The notes: generated by a model not told the origin, from the sequence alone. DNA of 63,792 nt, filler included, from Pelomyxa schiedti (GCA_020536535.1; 8 parts of 8 records of this genome joined end to end with filler, not necessarily neighbours in it); one strand, 5' to 3'; positions 1-15,882 are shown, counted from the whole stretch's first letter. Program-made: numbers and translations.

Positions 1-227
1 TGTACGTGGGAAAGTGTCTGCCCACACTATTGGTGGGGGTAGATACAATTAATAGTTGCCTACATAAAGTGTTTGTACCTTGCGTGCCCCGTTAACGTAA
101 GATGTACGTGTCCCTTTTTGCTGGATTTGCGACAGTCTAAGAGGCCACAAAAAAAAACCCTTCGCATAACAATCAATAATGAGGACCGGCCAGTCTAGTC
201 TGAGGTATGCACAAGTTGGAGAACACC

Positions 228-316
228 TCGAATATCGAACGTCGAATACCGGTTTTTTGGCCGAATATTCGTTTTTCGAATACCATCCTGGCCTATTCGG
301 TATTCGCACAGCTTTG
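228..316. mobile_element. Possible hAT-like transposon terminus with clustered CGAATA/TATTCG subterminal motifs
   Basis: About six CGAATA/TATTCG motifs in 90 bp ending TATTCGGTATTCGCACAGCTTTG; no partner end or TSD seen. Confidence 0.3.
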
Positions 317-928
317 CTCCCAGCTAGATTCTGAAATTTCAACTTGCTTGCAAGCAAAAAACACACAAGTTGGTCCTTGGGTTGATAGTTGTGTGTAACA
401 GTTTTGGTTAAAAAAAAAAAACCAGACAAAGAAATGGATAAAGACATGGTGATACTGCATTGTCATGATCAGTTCAGCTTTGACCAGTTTACTACAACGA
501 TTGCATTGTACAGGATCCCCTGTCTCCTTAGTTAGTAAAAATCTTTGGATTTGGCAATTGTTCCAAAGAGCAGGCCACTGACTTTTTAAATGAAGTTCCT
601 TGAAAGTCACCAACAATCGCCATCCCAGTACATTTCTCAAGACACATTCAGGTGTAACGCTGGCTTGTGCCTCCACTTCCTGTTCCTCATCTTCTGCTTC
701 TGCTTCTGCGTCTGCGTCTGTGTCTGCCTCCGCTTCGTGCGCAGTTTCAGAGGATAACGTCTTGGTGCCTACATTGCTCCCACCTGTTAGTGCAAGAGAA
801 AGGCTTTTGAGTAAGTTGAACTCCATTGCTACCCAACCAAGGGAAACCTTCGAAATTTCTGCTGTTGGGGACTTGTATGACCAATTTGCTGCTGAGTAGT
901 CTGTGATCTTGGAAGGTTCAAAGCAGAA

Positions 929-3104
929 ATGCACCCTCTTATCAACTCAGCTGCAGCAATTGGTAGAACTTCTCATTTTCATGATGGCACCACGCCTGAG
1001 GTGAAAGAATCCATACTGGAAGAGCTACAAAACCGACGAGAAATGACATCCAAGTTGATGGAAGTAGTACAAATTTGGAAAGCCACAGCTCTATCACTTG
1101 AACAATCAAGCCACTTGCTCATGACTTCACTCAAGAGCGTTTTCCGTAGAAAAGATTCTGCATGTCACTGTGTTGGTCTATTGCTGGACCTTACTGCAAT
1201 CCATGAAAGTTGTAATAAGTGTATGTGGACCTATAAGTACAGGGAAAACAACTCTGATGGAATCAGTACTGGGAAGCAGGTGCCTACCCATTGACATTGA
1301 AGCCAATACAGCAATTCTGGTTGGAATTGTCCACGACACCCAATGCCCCAGTTCTATCCATTCCAGAGCTGCTATATAAGTCGCTTCAGGAAGGTTGGAA
1401 CTTGATTGGTTCTTCCATAAAGTCACTTCGGGAAGACCATATCCCAACAGACCTACCAAAGAGAGCGTCCCTTCCTTATGAAGCCGTGAAAGCCTTTGAT
1501 GCAATTGAGGCAAGTTGTGCTACTGTGACAGGAGGCTCCTTCCCCAGTTATATACAGCAGATTGTAAACGGGGAAGACGCAGTTCGATCAACAATCGACA
1601 AATTGAATGGCTTCATACGACTGATATACACACTGAAAGATTCCCCACGCTTCCACTCACCAAAGGAAAGCACATCTTGTCTCATCTGCCTTTGATACAC
1701 ATCTGTTGCAAAGGTGATTCCATTCCCTGGTGACATAGTATTCATTGATACTCCCGGTGTATCCGAGACCGCTGTTGGCTTTATGAAGTTAATGAACGAT
1801 GTCACATCCTCTGTTTTCAGGCTATCCAACGGGGTTCTGTGCCTGACGGCACCTTCACGTCGCTCTGGGGACGATTTCCACTTACTGATGCAAACTGTAC
1901 TGGCTACACAGCCGCGCCTTCTGAACCCCATGATTGTTGTGAACAAGTTTGAGCCAAGAGAGTTTGGGAATTGCGCTATCGGCCTTGATGGTAAACTTGT
2001 GCAGTACAGACTGGAATACAAACAGAGATATGGCCTCACAAAAACACAAGTGCACTGGCTCAGGGCAAAAACTGCCCACAATGTCTGTTGGGGCTGGTCT
2101 TTATTGGATAGCATGGGAATTTCTGGCTTCTGGGGGTCACAGAGCAACCCAGATTATCTCACTGTCAAATCTCTTCTTGACTCCGCGCTGGGTGATAACT
2201 GGCCAACCTGGCTCCGAAAAATAAAAGCTCCGTGTCAATCTGAAATAGTTTCTGAAGCTCTTATCACTCTGGAGAAAACATCAAACCCCGATTCCATATT
2301 AACGTCCAGTGTTCTTCCCACTATTAGTAGAGTTGTGCCGCAGAAGTGCAAGCAGTCTCTTGAGTGTCAAATATCTGCACTTTCATCTCTTCAGTCTATT
2401 GTGACAACAAAGATTGCTCTCATTCAAAACAGCCAGGCCAAAACACACTTCATAGAGCACTTGAAAAAAGTTATAGCAGTTATCCTAGCCAAAATAGAGT
2501 TCATGTCAACTTTACCTGAAGCCCTTGAACAAAAGCTTTTTAGGAATTTTACAAGTTCTCTTGATGCTGCCCTTTCCAAAACAAAGCGTAGTATTGAAAG
2601 GGGTGTCAACACGTTTGTTGAAACTTGCCCACATGGAAAGTACCCTAATACCAGACAGGAGTACTACTTTTTTAATCAAATTGAACGAGTGGGCTTCGAT
2701 GTAGTAAGCTCTGTAGAATTTACAACCATGGATGCTGCCAAAAGGGCCCAAGAGAAAGACAACCAAGATAATTTCTGATATTTTTGAATCTGCTCCAGTT
2801 GAAAAAGAATTTGAATCCTTAAGACAGGCAGAATTTGAATCCTTAAGACAGGCGGTACAAATCCCCTTTGTTCATAAAGGATCAGGCCACTAAGGCTCGT
2901 GAGAGTATAAAGATCTCATGTGAAAATCTGACAGAGAAGCTCCAAGCACTGATTCAAATGCTTGAGGATTTAATATCTGAAATCCAGGATGGGATTCCAA
3001 ATGAAGATCTGGATACTCTTATGACGTTGCAAGAAGCCCTGAGCAGGCAACAGAGCCTCCACCAGCAGGTTCTATGTGCAGCCCATAAATATTTATTGTA
3101 CTAA
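929..3104 (+). pseudogene. Intronless dynamin-family (DLP-like) GTPase, disrupted
   Basis: G1 GPISTGKTT (1170 ORF), LP..NT G2 region, G3 FIDTPG, G4 VVNKFE, then a helical C-terminus; split over several ORFs by frameshifts and an in-frame TGA at 1693-1695. Confidence 0.7.
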
Positions 3105-3299
3105 TTCAAAAAGTGAGTCCTTCACAATTTTAAATTTTTTTGCCATTTTCACTTGAAGCCTGCTCGTCAAACCTTGGTCTTTCTTAAGTGTAAGGAGCCA
3201 ATTATTTTTGAGAGACGACTCATCACGAAGGGGGAGCCCCTCGGACGACTCAGTTCGGTTGGGCTATTCTTCTTGTTCTCCTAACACCGAATCAAATCA

Positions 3300-4455
3300 G
3301 GAAGGTAATGGTGACACACTTGCAATGAGGTAACTTTCTGGATGTGGGTCATGTGGCTTACCATGCAATAAAACAATTGCTTCCTCTCCTGCCTCTCGAA
3401 CTTTTTTTTATTACGATATACTTGTTAAGGGTGTCGATGCATCCTTGTTGGTTGTGTCTTGTAGAATTGCCAATTTGTCATCAAAAGCCAAAAAACAGGT
3501 TTTGGAGTATATAGTGCCAGTAGCCCAACACAAGAAGAAACGTAGAAAGCACCAAGATAGCAACAGGGATCCAGTTATGGAGTTCATAACTTGGGCTTGA
3601 CCCCAATTGTCCTTATACTGGTATGAACAGACACAGACATCGGTAGTCATTCCTGTGCCATTTTAGGCAGTGAAGAGGATATCATAATAAGGGCTAACCA
3701 GGTATGTTACGGATTTCTATCTCAAATGGTTTAGAAACAAGACAGTACCATCTTTTTCCTTGTTAGTTGTATGTGTAAAACAAACTATGTGTACATTATG
3801 CCAATGCTGAGAAGGGGAAAAGCACAAAAACATAAAGCTACTGCTACAAACAGGAACCGCGCTGCTTTAAATCCTAGAGACTTGCCTTTGCATTTCTTCA
3901 AACACTTGAGAAGACTCCAGGCCTGAGCGGGTGCACTGAGAGAGGATTTTTCATATTTGCAATATTCAGGCTCTCTTCCACATAAAATATGGAAACTGTC
4001 TATTGCCATGCAGGCCAGACCAAGAAAGCTCATCACGGCCAGCACCAAAATAGAATAGAGCGTGGTCATTGATGTTGCGTTATTTGCGTGCTTTTGTTCA
4101 ATGAGATAATCTGTGCTATTGCAGTGTCCCTAGTAAATAATAAGCGGCCACAGGGGCCTGGATGGGGTAGTAACATCAGACCAAGCATAGCAATCCTCAT
4201 TATGTGTTTGTTCATATGTAGCTTCCGGGTCGTAAATCAAGTATGCCCTAAGGAGATATTTACCAAAAATAAACTTAATACTGGCAGAATGGCATGAATA
4301 GAAAATGGATTTCGTGTGAGGAACCAGTTGTATTCGTAGAGGTTCCAAGTCAAAACAAAGTATACAGCCATTCGGAAGCCATAGCAGCTCACAACCGAGA
4401 CAATTGCGTCGTTCAACCTTATGATTCCTAATTGTGGGACACACAAGTGGAACAA
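3300..4455 (-). pseudogene. Decayed multi-pass membrane protein remnant
   Basis: Several hydrophobic minus-strand ORF pieces (4237-4455, 3785-4069) broken by stops; no family recognised. Confidence 0.25.
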
Positions 4456-4940
4456 AGGGAAGTGAAGTCACGCATTAGAAGTGAACAAAACACCCATAAC
4501 CACCTACTTTGCCAACACTTGCCCATAGTGCAACCTCGGCTGGAAAAACCGTCGTTTCGATTTGTTTCCACGAAGTCGACTGATCTCAGCTCATCACAGA
4601 GAGCCCTGTGTTCGAACTTGTGATCGTGGGTCAGTCCATCAGCTGCCAACTCCGTTGGGGAGGAAGAAGCTTCAGGGGGAGACGAAGAAGAGCCCCCAAT
4701 CAATCAATTGCATTTGTTTAATTAAGTTAAGAGATCTGGCTTATCAAACTCGATCTGAGTAGTGCCGCGGCACCTCTCGTCAACGAACGCGATCTCAAAG
4801 GGGCGCGAGGGAAACATAAAACGATATAAAATCAACGACCTCAAGTACTTCACGGTGAGATGTACTGCTTTTATGCGCCCGGTGTCAAATTCGTGGGATC
4901 GTGCACGATCGATGAGGCTCGCAGCACAATAACTGCGTTT

Positions 4941-6359
4941 ATGGAGCGCATACAATCCACTCTCGCGGACAAAAAACGAGAATCCGATATCGAGAAACTT
5001 TGCACGATACACGTGAGTGCTCCAGATCTAAGATAGCGACACGCCCGCGTCGTATTCCTAATAGTTTAGTATTACCTAATACCTTTACTCACGGATTGGT
5101 TGGCAGACAGCTTTGGGGACCAACTCCCTAAACGACCCTTCTTGCTTCAAAATTTTCTCTGTAACTGTCAATGCGCCTGTGATGCCTGATGATTATTCGA
5201 ACCCTGCTGATGGCCTCAATCGTTGGCTTGTGGAGCACGTTCTCTTGAAGTATGCACTCTTGTAATCATCATTGAAAAGAAAATATTCTAAGCACAAGGT
5301 AAAAAAAGGTTTTCGTCTTTGTGCCGTGGGACTGTTGTTACCTACGAGCAATTTGAATTTCCTCAACAACAACGGATTTTCTATGATGACCCCTTTATTC
5401 CAGTTCTTGTTGAAGTACCTATGCTCGTTTTTTCACCAAGCAATGGTAGATACTTGCGTATGTTACCTCCTTCATCTGGGGTTTTTTTTCCCCTTAACCG
5501 GGATCTAGGCGGGTACATCAACCTATTGGCTGGGGATCACTTGAGCTTATTGATCCATAATGTATTCAACGCTTATATTCCGTTGAGTGAAATTCCAGGT
5601 TGGCACTTATAAATGTATCTAACATACTGAACTGACACACAGAGGAAATGGTATCCAAATGTGTTGTAGGTGCATGCGCTTATTTCCAAGTCACTGGGTA
5701 TGCACATCTACGAAATGCCTACCACTTTTCACTTTCTCATTAGACTGGACACAAGCAATGGTGTCCTTGTTATTGGTACCATGAAAGCTGAAAGTGCTGA
5801 AATAGTGGAAAATCCCTCCGAGCATGTGGACTATCCTCCCGAACCTGAAGAACCACCTCCCCAACCTGAAGAACAACCTGAAGAACCCACAGAACTTCTT
5901 CCAGAGCCAGACCCAGCTAAAATTTTCAACCCGGATGCAGAGGAAAGTCCAGAAGCTGCACCTAAAAAAAGCAAGAACTCATCCAAGCACAAAGAAAAAG
6001 GAGAGAAGGAAGAAAAGAGAAAGCACAAAAAGACAGGAGAGAAGGAAGGCAAGAGAAAATCCAAGTCGCACCACCACAAGGATGGATCAGAGGAAACAGA
6101 AAAGAAAGACAAGAAGGATAAGAAGGAGAAGAAAGAAAAGAAACACCATAAACACAAAGAGCATAAGGAACACAAAGAACACAAAGAACACAAAGAACAC
6201 AAGGAACACAAGGAACACAAGAAACACAAGGAACACGTGGAACCTGAGGAACACATAGCAGAAGAGGAAACCACTACTAAAAAGCGCAAAAGCACCCCAA
6301 TTGAACACAAGCATGGCAAAACCAAGGTGTCCCGTGTTTCCACCACCTCCAAAAGTTGA
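4941..6359 (+). CDS. RPA43: RNA polymerase I subunit RPA43 (multi-exon; start approximate)
   Basis: Spliced reading SCF..PDDYSNPADG..LLKFSSLCRGTVVTYE..DDPFIPV.VEVPMLVFSP..GYINLLAGDHLSLLIHNVFNAYIP matches the RPA43/Rpb7-like pattern; Lys-rich tail. Confidence 0.8.
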
Positions 6360-6752
6360 AACCAGTCAATGCACCATTCCCACTGTGAAAAAACACACTC
6401 ACCATTCATACAAATGCTCCTCGCCCTTTTGCACAAGCCCCTCTTTTCGTATTCACCTCACCTCAAACACAAAAAATGTTCTGAATTTCCTTCACCAACT
6501 CCCTTGTTTACAGTGAGTTAAAATCGGGCAATTACAGTGCTTGTTGGTGCTCGTGATTTTGTTCTTTCCAAGACTGAATCTTGGGGAAGTGCCCGAGCAT
6601 CGCTGTTCCGTCGCTGAGGAAGAAAAATTGTTTCACAGGGTGTCCACCAACGTAATTATGGTAGGGCCGATACGGTGATAGAAATGAAAAAGCAAAACGA
6701 AATAGTATTTCTCCAATGTTTTGCTTAAGTACAAGGTCTTTTTTTTTTTTGT

Positions 6753-8629
<1,877 letters not shown>

Positions 8630-9014
8630 CTTTCCTTTATTTCCTTTTCAGTTTGAATTAAATTCCTGATGATGGAAGAGCATCTTCGGGTTTTCAATGT
8701 CAAAATCACCAACTTGTGAGGCTCCGTGTAATGTGCCAACACAATCACTATGAGAAAGCAATTCACCACTGTCAGTCCTGCCTCAGTTCTCAGTTGACAT
8801 CGATCAAAAACGGAAACGTCGTTCATAAAAATAAAACACAGCAAACGAGACAACGCTAAAAAAAAAAAAAAACCAGCGAGACCATGGCAGGGGAATAACA
8901 TCAAAAATCTGACTTTATAATGTGCTGCAAACTGAAATGAAAAAGGACCACAAAAAACTAAAAAACCAACCATACGACTATACCACCAGTACCAACAAAA
9001 TCAACGTTCTTACT
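8630..9014. promoter_or_regulatory. Likely bidirectional promoter between RPT5 and the glucan synthase gene
   Basis: 385 bp between divergent ATGs at 8629 (-) and 9015 (+); position only, no motif identified. Confidence 0.4.
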
Positions 9015-12000
9015 ATGAAGACAAGCACTACTGTATTGCACGAGACTTCGCAAGGTGCGTTCTGTACGAGATCACGTTGTTTCCCTGGTCAGCATGAGCA
9101 AGTGAAATTCGTGCTCTCTCGTCAAGTCGCTACGAGGATAAAGACTGCCGCTCGCGATTCTACCACAACGAGATCTCGGTCTCGCACTTTGGGCTGTGTT
9201 GTCACTGGAAGTGGTGCTTGCCATTTGGAAAACTCTACCACGGAATTACTGGCAAGATGTTCGCTGTACCTCCACGCTATGTGCTCTACCCTTCCTCAGG
9301 TTGATCCTGCCAGTGATTCGGAGACAATTCAGCTACCAGCTCCTCACCTGCAGTTCGCGAGGGAATGCCAGATCAAAATCGGGCTGGAATCTGCACAACT
9401 TTTGGAGCCTCTAGTTGGAACTCCTCCAGTGGGACCTACTATTTCCACAACATTCAAGGTGGAAACGCCTGCACGAATTTCTACTGCCGCTATGGACTGC
9501 TCAGGTGTATGTTCTGTTTCAGCTCAAACCTCTGCCGATCCCACTGAGCCTTCAATCACAATTGAGATGAGATCGGATTCTGGTTGCATATGCATTACCC
9601 CGTGCTTGAATTCCAGTCAACTCCCACACGGGATTCATAAAGATGTCTTCGCGGAACCAGCTTTTAGTTTACTGTCTTCATCTGCTGGAGTTGTACCACT
9701 TTCTGTCTTGGAACTCACGATACTTTCCAATGGCATGTGGGACAGACAACTAGCCTCGTACGCTCTTTCCTCTGATGTGCCATCCAAGGTATGACCTTAA
9801 GTTATGAAAGTCTATTTCCAACATCTCCTAGGTCTCCGCAACTGCAACCATTTTCAATGCCACAAACTTTGAAAAGCTCACAAAGACGTCTCCAGGAGAC
9901 TACGATATACTGCATTCCACTGTTCAAGCTTTTGGGGATGTATCTTCTTTGCGTGTTGTATTAAAGTATGAGCATACCTCATTTCGATCACTTATCTTAT
10001 TCAGGGAAATTGAAAAAACTATTTCGCTTCTTCAAGTCATTCCCAAAGAGTCGGAAATGGGAATATTATTGAGAAGTAACAAACTTGATATGGAAGACCT
10101 TGAACGGTACATAATACTTTCTCTTAAAGCAAAGGTTACATTTACCAACATTATCTCCATTTGGCGCCCTTTAGAATATTGATTGCCTTACTTGGACATC
10201 CAGACAGTTCCATACGAGCTTATTCATCATCCCTATTGCACAGCATATATGATGGCCATAACTGGCAGGTTTGTAGTTTCATAACATTCCGTTCTCTCAC
10301 ACAAGCTAGCTCAATGGGCCTCTTACAGTACAAATAGCATGTGAAAATGAACCTTGCATTGTAGAAGTACCAATTGATGGAATGGTGAGCATTTTCATAT
10401 TTGTTCATTTCTCAGTATCACAGACCCTACACGACAGTATTGGGTTTATCATAGCATCCCCAAGCAAAGATTTAGGCACCCCATGTTCTTGGTCTTGGTC
10501 AGGACCAGAATCAAAACAAAAAGAAACTAATGAAAACAAAGGCACTCGGCACACGTAACTTCTGGCAAAGCTAGAATTTTGTGCCACTTTCAAGAACCTG
10601 GATTCTATGACTGGAGGTATCTTGTATTTCAACAGAACCCCATTCTCTAACTGGCTATAAAGGTTATCGAGTTTTCAGGTGAATGAAACAGGTTACAACA
10701 CTCTGGACAACGATGAACCCTGTGGACGAATAATAATTTTTCCCAGTGGGACTAGGTTACATGCACTCCACCAAGGTATGTTGCATATCCAGGAACACCC
10801 CGAGTTAACTCACAGATAGTTGTCCCTCTTATTGAGAAAGCTTCATGGAACCCAGTTACTGGCAAAATTTTACAATCAGGATCTCTGCGTTCTGTTGGGT
10901 TATCAATCCCTGAGTACAAAAAAACTGGGACATCACTGTATCACACTTAGGTGTATCTTTTTACCGTAACGCCTTTCGTTTTTTACGTAGGGCTGTTCTC
11001 TCTTGCAGTCTCACTGGAGAAAGTCCAACATCTGCATTTAACCGCACAACCCTCAGCAACAGTACACACTCTCGTTGATGTCTCCCTATCTTATAAGTCT
11101 TAGGCATAGGTGGAAATTCAGCTTTCAAAGCTCTGAGCACAACTGCCCAAGCAAGTGGGCTAGGTTTGGTGTTAGATGTACCTCTTTCCACAGTTCTCGA
11201 GCCACATACAAGGGATTTTTCTCAGTGCTTGATTTATTCAATCAGACAAGGTTTAGTGATTCCATTACTTTACCTATTGACGTTCTGCAAGGTTCTATGG
11301 TGGAACCCGTGACCAACATGGTAAGTACTGCTCCCGCTTGTAGTGATGACAGCGACCTCAAATCCTCTACACCTTCTGACAAAGGTGCTGGTAAATACGT
11401 GGATTCACAATCTCAGGAAGCTGTCTTCCTCAATTTCCGTTCGGGACAATGCTGGTATGATCTACTCAGAGATTTGGACTATTTGGCATCCCAAAACTTT
11501 TCAGGAGTTCGGTACCTCACCATCTTTTCTTTGATCCAACTTATTAGCTTTCTCTTCCAGGTTGGTTGGCCCAGCAGCTAAGATATTTCCTTCAGATGAA
11601 AGAGAAATGTTCCGCAAAGACATAGTTGATGGGGAGTATCACTATCCTTTGAGGTATTAGTTTGTAAAAGTATTTTTATCACTCACTTCTTGTGAAGTAC
11701 TATTCTCGAGAGCCCCTATGTAAAAAAGGGGGAAGGTTCTCTGCTTAAACTAAATTCTGGGAATTACCCAAATCCTCTTCTCGTCAAGGTATGGTACCAC
11801 TTTTTCACTTTTTCCCCAACGATTATTAGGTTGTAAGACAGCTCTGGAAGAAATACCCTCACTTTTTGATCTTTTCTGGCTTGGAAGAAGCTGATATCAA
11901 CGCTGATTGTTGTAGTGGTATTTCTCAGTGTGGTGTTACCATCTTTAATTTTTATACTATTGACCAGGAGTAATACCTTTCAGTTCTGAGTGGTACAAAG

Positions 12001-15000
12001 CTGTCGCTTCCTTCTCACCTGAAGCAGCTGCCATAAAATTTGGGGCAGCCTTCCAACCCAGGGGACTGTGCATTAGTAAGTGTCCTTGACATTTCGTTTC
12101 GTTGGTGACTGAAGTCCACAGGTGACATTATTTCGAAGCTGCAAACCCTTCCTCCTGGAGCGATCTTTGTCAATACTCTGGCAACTATTGGCTCTCCATA
12201 TCCATGCTTCTTGTTCAAAGAGGGGTCATGGCCTGCTGTTGACGCTTGCCTTCTTTCTAGTGGTCTTCCTTGTACATTTATTGGTTTGTTGCTTTTTCAT
12301 TGGTTCGTCAAAACGTAATCTTCTCTTAGGTGAGCATCAAGGATGCACACTCCAATCTTTGGATGCTGCTACGGGCTCTATAGGTGTTTCTAATGTGGAA
12401 AGTAAGCCTGCTATTTGCGGCAATTATGAGCACCGTATCTATCTTCGTAGAAAACAGTCATCCCTCACGTTTGTTGAAGGTTTTTTGAGGCATGCTAATG
12501 TAATTTAATAGTAATTCGGGGATCCTTTCATTACCTGTGATGCACAACGAGGGAATCCACAACCATGTATTTGCTTTTGGAAGGTTTGGTTGTGCTCTAG
12601 GAGGTTCTATCGATGAGGTTATCTTTCTCTTTTCATCGTTCCTTTTATTCACTTCTTCTATAAGGTGGTTGTTGTTGCAGTTAATATGTCTCCTTTCTTC
12701 TCTCCAGTGTACATGGACTTCTCTCCTCTAGCCAATATTCTAACAGACAAGTCAGTTCGACCCCTACCCTAAGTATCTCACCGTTTATTTCAGTTCCATG
12801 ATATATTGCATGGAAGATCTCATTAACCCAAGCTGTGCCCCTCAATTTCTGACTTTGGTAAACCTACCTCTTTCTATTTCTGTGCTGACGGTGAATTTTC
12901 TTTACAGCCAGAACTGTTGAACGAACAGCATTATATTGACCTTGGGCAACATGCTACCCTGGTGTGGAAAATTGCCAAATGGGTATGTATCTCAAACAAA
13001 AAAAAGTTCAACACTAACCTATTGAAGAAATCCCAAGTTGTGCCTTATACTCAAACTCATTGTGAGCATAGTATCAATCGCCTTGCTCTTCTGCTTGAGT
13101 CTGGCCATCCTCCTACTGGAAATGCCATTTATGAGAAACTTTCTTCAGCAATTCTCTCGCAACAACCTTCCATACAAATTAATACGGCTCTGGCAGAAAT
13201 ATCGTGCCTTCTTTCCCCAAATCAAACCGCTCTTATCTCCCAAGTCTTGAAAGGGATTGTATACTACTTATATTCCACCGGAAGATGTCCTGCCGCCCTG
13301 CAGTTTGTAGATGCCTGCATTCTTCCACCTTAACAAAACTCAGAACCCTCAAAAGTGCAGTCAATGGAATAACACTGCAGACTAACACCCATACTCTGAT
13401 TGACGAAGCACTACAGAGGAATAAACTTGGTCCCATTGTATTTGTGACACCGGAGATGGGCCGTTTTTCTACTGTGGGCGGGATTGGTGTAGTTGTTGAT
13501 GGTTGGCTACCCGTTTTTCCTCTGAGATTTATCCCAAACCAAATTAGAACTTTCACAGTGCCTTGCTAGCTTCGGTTGTTCAGTGTACGTCATTTCACCC
13601 TACTACAACTACTTCCGCGGAAAAACTGGCTACCTTGCTAAAGAAGGTATAGTGGTCATAATATGCCCTTTCTCACTCGAGCAGGAATATCTTGGGTCCG
13701 CAACTTGCACATAAATTTGACAGATACGACAGCGGAAATTGGCGTACACAAGGGTGTAGAAAAAGGTTCTTCCACGCTTATAAGAATTTCTTCAGCTGAT
13801 GAAATCATATTAAAAGATGTTCAACTTTTCTTTTTGCACAATTATACATTTTTCCCGGTTCCATATCCACAGTTTACATCAACTGAGGTGTGAAACCCTT
13901 CTTCATGGTTTCATTCTAACATCACTCAAAAGACACTGATGTCTGCAGCCCTCATGTGTCAAGGTGCCTTAGAACTTCTATGCCAGTTGTCTATAATTCC
14001 CTCAATGTAGGTACTGTGAAAGGTTTACATTTATCTCACATTTCCATTAGAATAGTCACAAATGATTGGTTTACAGGTACAACCAGGCCAAGCCTAACTT
14101 ATTTTATTAACAAATTTTCAGGACTTACACCAGCTTTTGCCTCACACTGTTTTGGAACTACTTTTAACCAGACCCTCTTCTTTCACCTCGTGGTATTTAT
14201 TTTATCTTTTTTTTTTAAAAAAAGAAAATTCACGTGGTTACTAGCACAATTTGGAAGAGGGATACACCGGAAAGCTTTATGATGCTCGATCCAATTGCTT
14301 ACAGAACCTTCCCACAAGTTGTTACCAAGACGGGCGCAACTGCATCGATCTTTGTATGTCCTTTTTTAAGGCAGCCAAGGAATAATTCTCAAAGCTATGT
14401 GCGCATTCAAGAGCTGTGACTCGTGGGGAACAGTAAGCCAGTCCTATAAGCAAGATCTCTTGTCAACATCGGGGCTTAGATTCTTACTATCAAAGTTTCC
14501 TCATCCATTTGGTACTAATACTACTTTTCGGCATTGATCTCATTTCACAATACAGCATGTTCCAATGGAATTCGTTCAAAAGAGCGGATCAAGTTACTGC
14601 TGAATGTACCTAGTCTTGTAACAGTCATATAAATTTAGTTGAATTAAACCTAGATAACCCCAACTCTTGACCACAACGAGGCAAAAGCGTGCCTTCAACG
14701 TAAATACTTTGGCTTCGCTGATTTAACGATCCCTGTTTTCTCGTACTGATTCGATGCACACCCACTCTTCTTAACCTGTTTTTTTTCTCCAGATTCGTTG
14801 GAAGGATTTGTGAGCAGAAAGGAGTGGGTACGTAGGATTTGCAAAAATAAATTTCATTCCCGCTGATGATCTCCTACAGCAAATATCGCACACGTGGCCC
14901 AACAACTGATCATAGAATACAAGGGTGAAATTATGTTTATTGTTGGGGGAATGGCCCCACGGCAGGGTAACTCATTGAACTAAGTTTTTTTTTCTCCTTA

Positions 15001-15617
15001 TGAAACTACAGACCCCTACGCTGCAGCAGCGGCAGATTCTCTTAATTGGCTCCGACACAATTACCCCAAGTCTCTGTGGGCAGCACCTGATTCCTTTTTC
15101 ACAGATGGCCCTCTTCTAAATATTGGCTCGAACTTTGCTCTCATGCCATCCAAATACGAGCCCAGGTAACCTGTCACCCTTCCCCAAATGAAATAGTACC
15201 AACTGAAAATTCCAGTGGTGTTGTCCAGCAGGAGTTCTTCCTTGGCGGTACACCTGTGATAGCATTTAAGACCGGTGGATTGAGGGACACAGTGTTCGAG
15301 GTAATTGACCAACCCATTTTATGCAACTGACGCCTACCCAGTTTGACTACGACACTGGCAAGGGAAACGGAATCACCTTTGAGGCTCACACTGATGATGA
15401 CTTCAGGCTAGCAATCATCAGGGCACTAAAGCTTTACCGCAACACTGAGAAGTATTGGATGTGCCGTGCGAATGCCCGTTCATCAGGTGCCCCCTCCCCT
15501 TCATTTCATTGTTTTTCACTTCAGACCACAGTTCTGGATATGGACGAGGTTGCAGCGAGGTGGACCAATGAATTCTGTCGCCTGAAAAGGTGCATCTTTG
15601 ACAAGTACGACACCTGA
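9015..15617 (+). CDS. Large glycogen/starch synthase (GT5) with N-terminal degenerate GH13-like region; many introns
   Basis: IVFVTPEMGRFSTVGGIGVVVD, IVTNDWFTG, FVGRICEQKGV, LMPSKYEP, QEFFLGGTPVIAFKTGGLRDTV; upstream YDLLRDLDYL and YPNPLLVKVVRQLWKKYP segments recall protist amylase-synthase fusions. Continuity from 9015 as one gene is inferred. Confidence 0.8.
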
Positions 15618-15882
15618 ACCACGAGTTCGTTTCAAAAAACTGGAAAACCAAGAATTGTCCAATTTCTGATTTTTCCATGATGTCACCTACCTTTTCCACT
15701 GGATGTGTTGACAAAGTAAAAGGAATGCAATCAAGAAAAACTTAATGTGCGATACACTCGATTTTGTGGAAAAAAGAGGGAACCGATAGTCACAGTTTTC
15801 GAAAACAACAGCCGAGCTGGTTGGATTGTATTCCCACCTCTGGAATCAGTGCTCAGTGTCCCCATAGGAGCCACCATGTTTA

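Noticed and set aside
1693-1695. TGA readthrough, selenocysteine or alternative genetic code
   Set aside because: The same gene also has frameshifts, and conserved genes here end normally in TGA or TAA
2806-2853. 24-bp direct repeat containing TTAA as a transposon footprint
   Set aside because: Simple tandem duplication in a pseudogene; piggyBac excision leaves no such footprint
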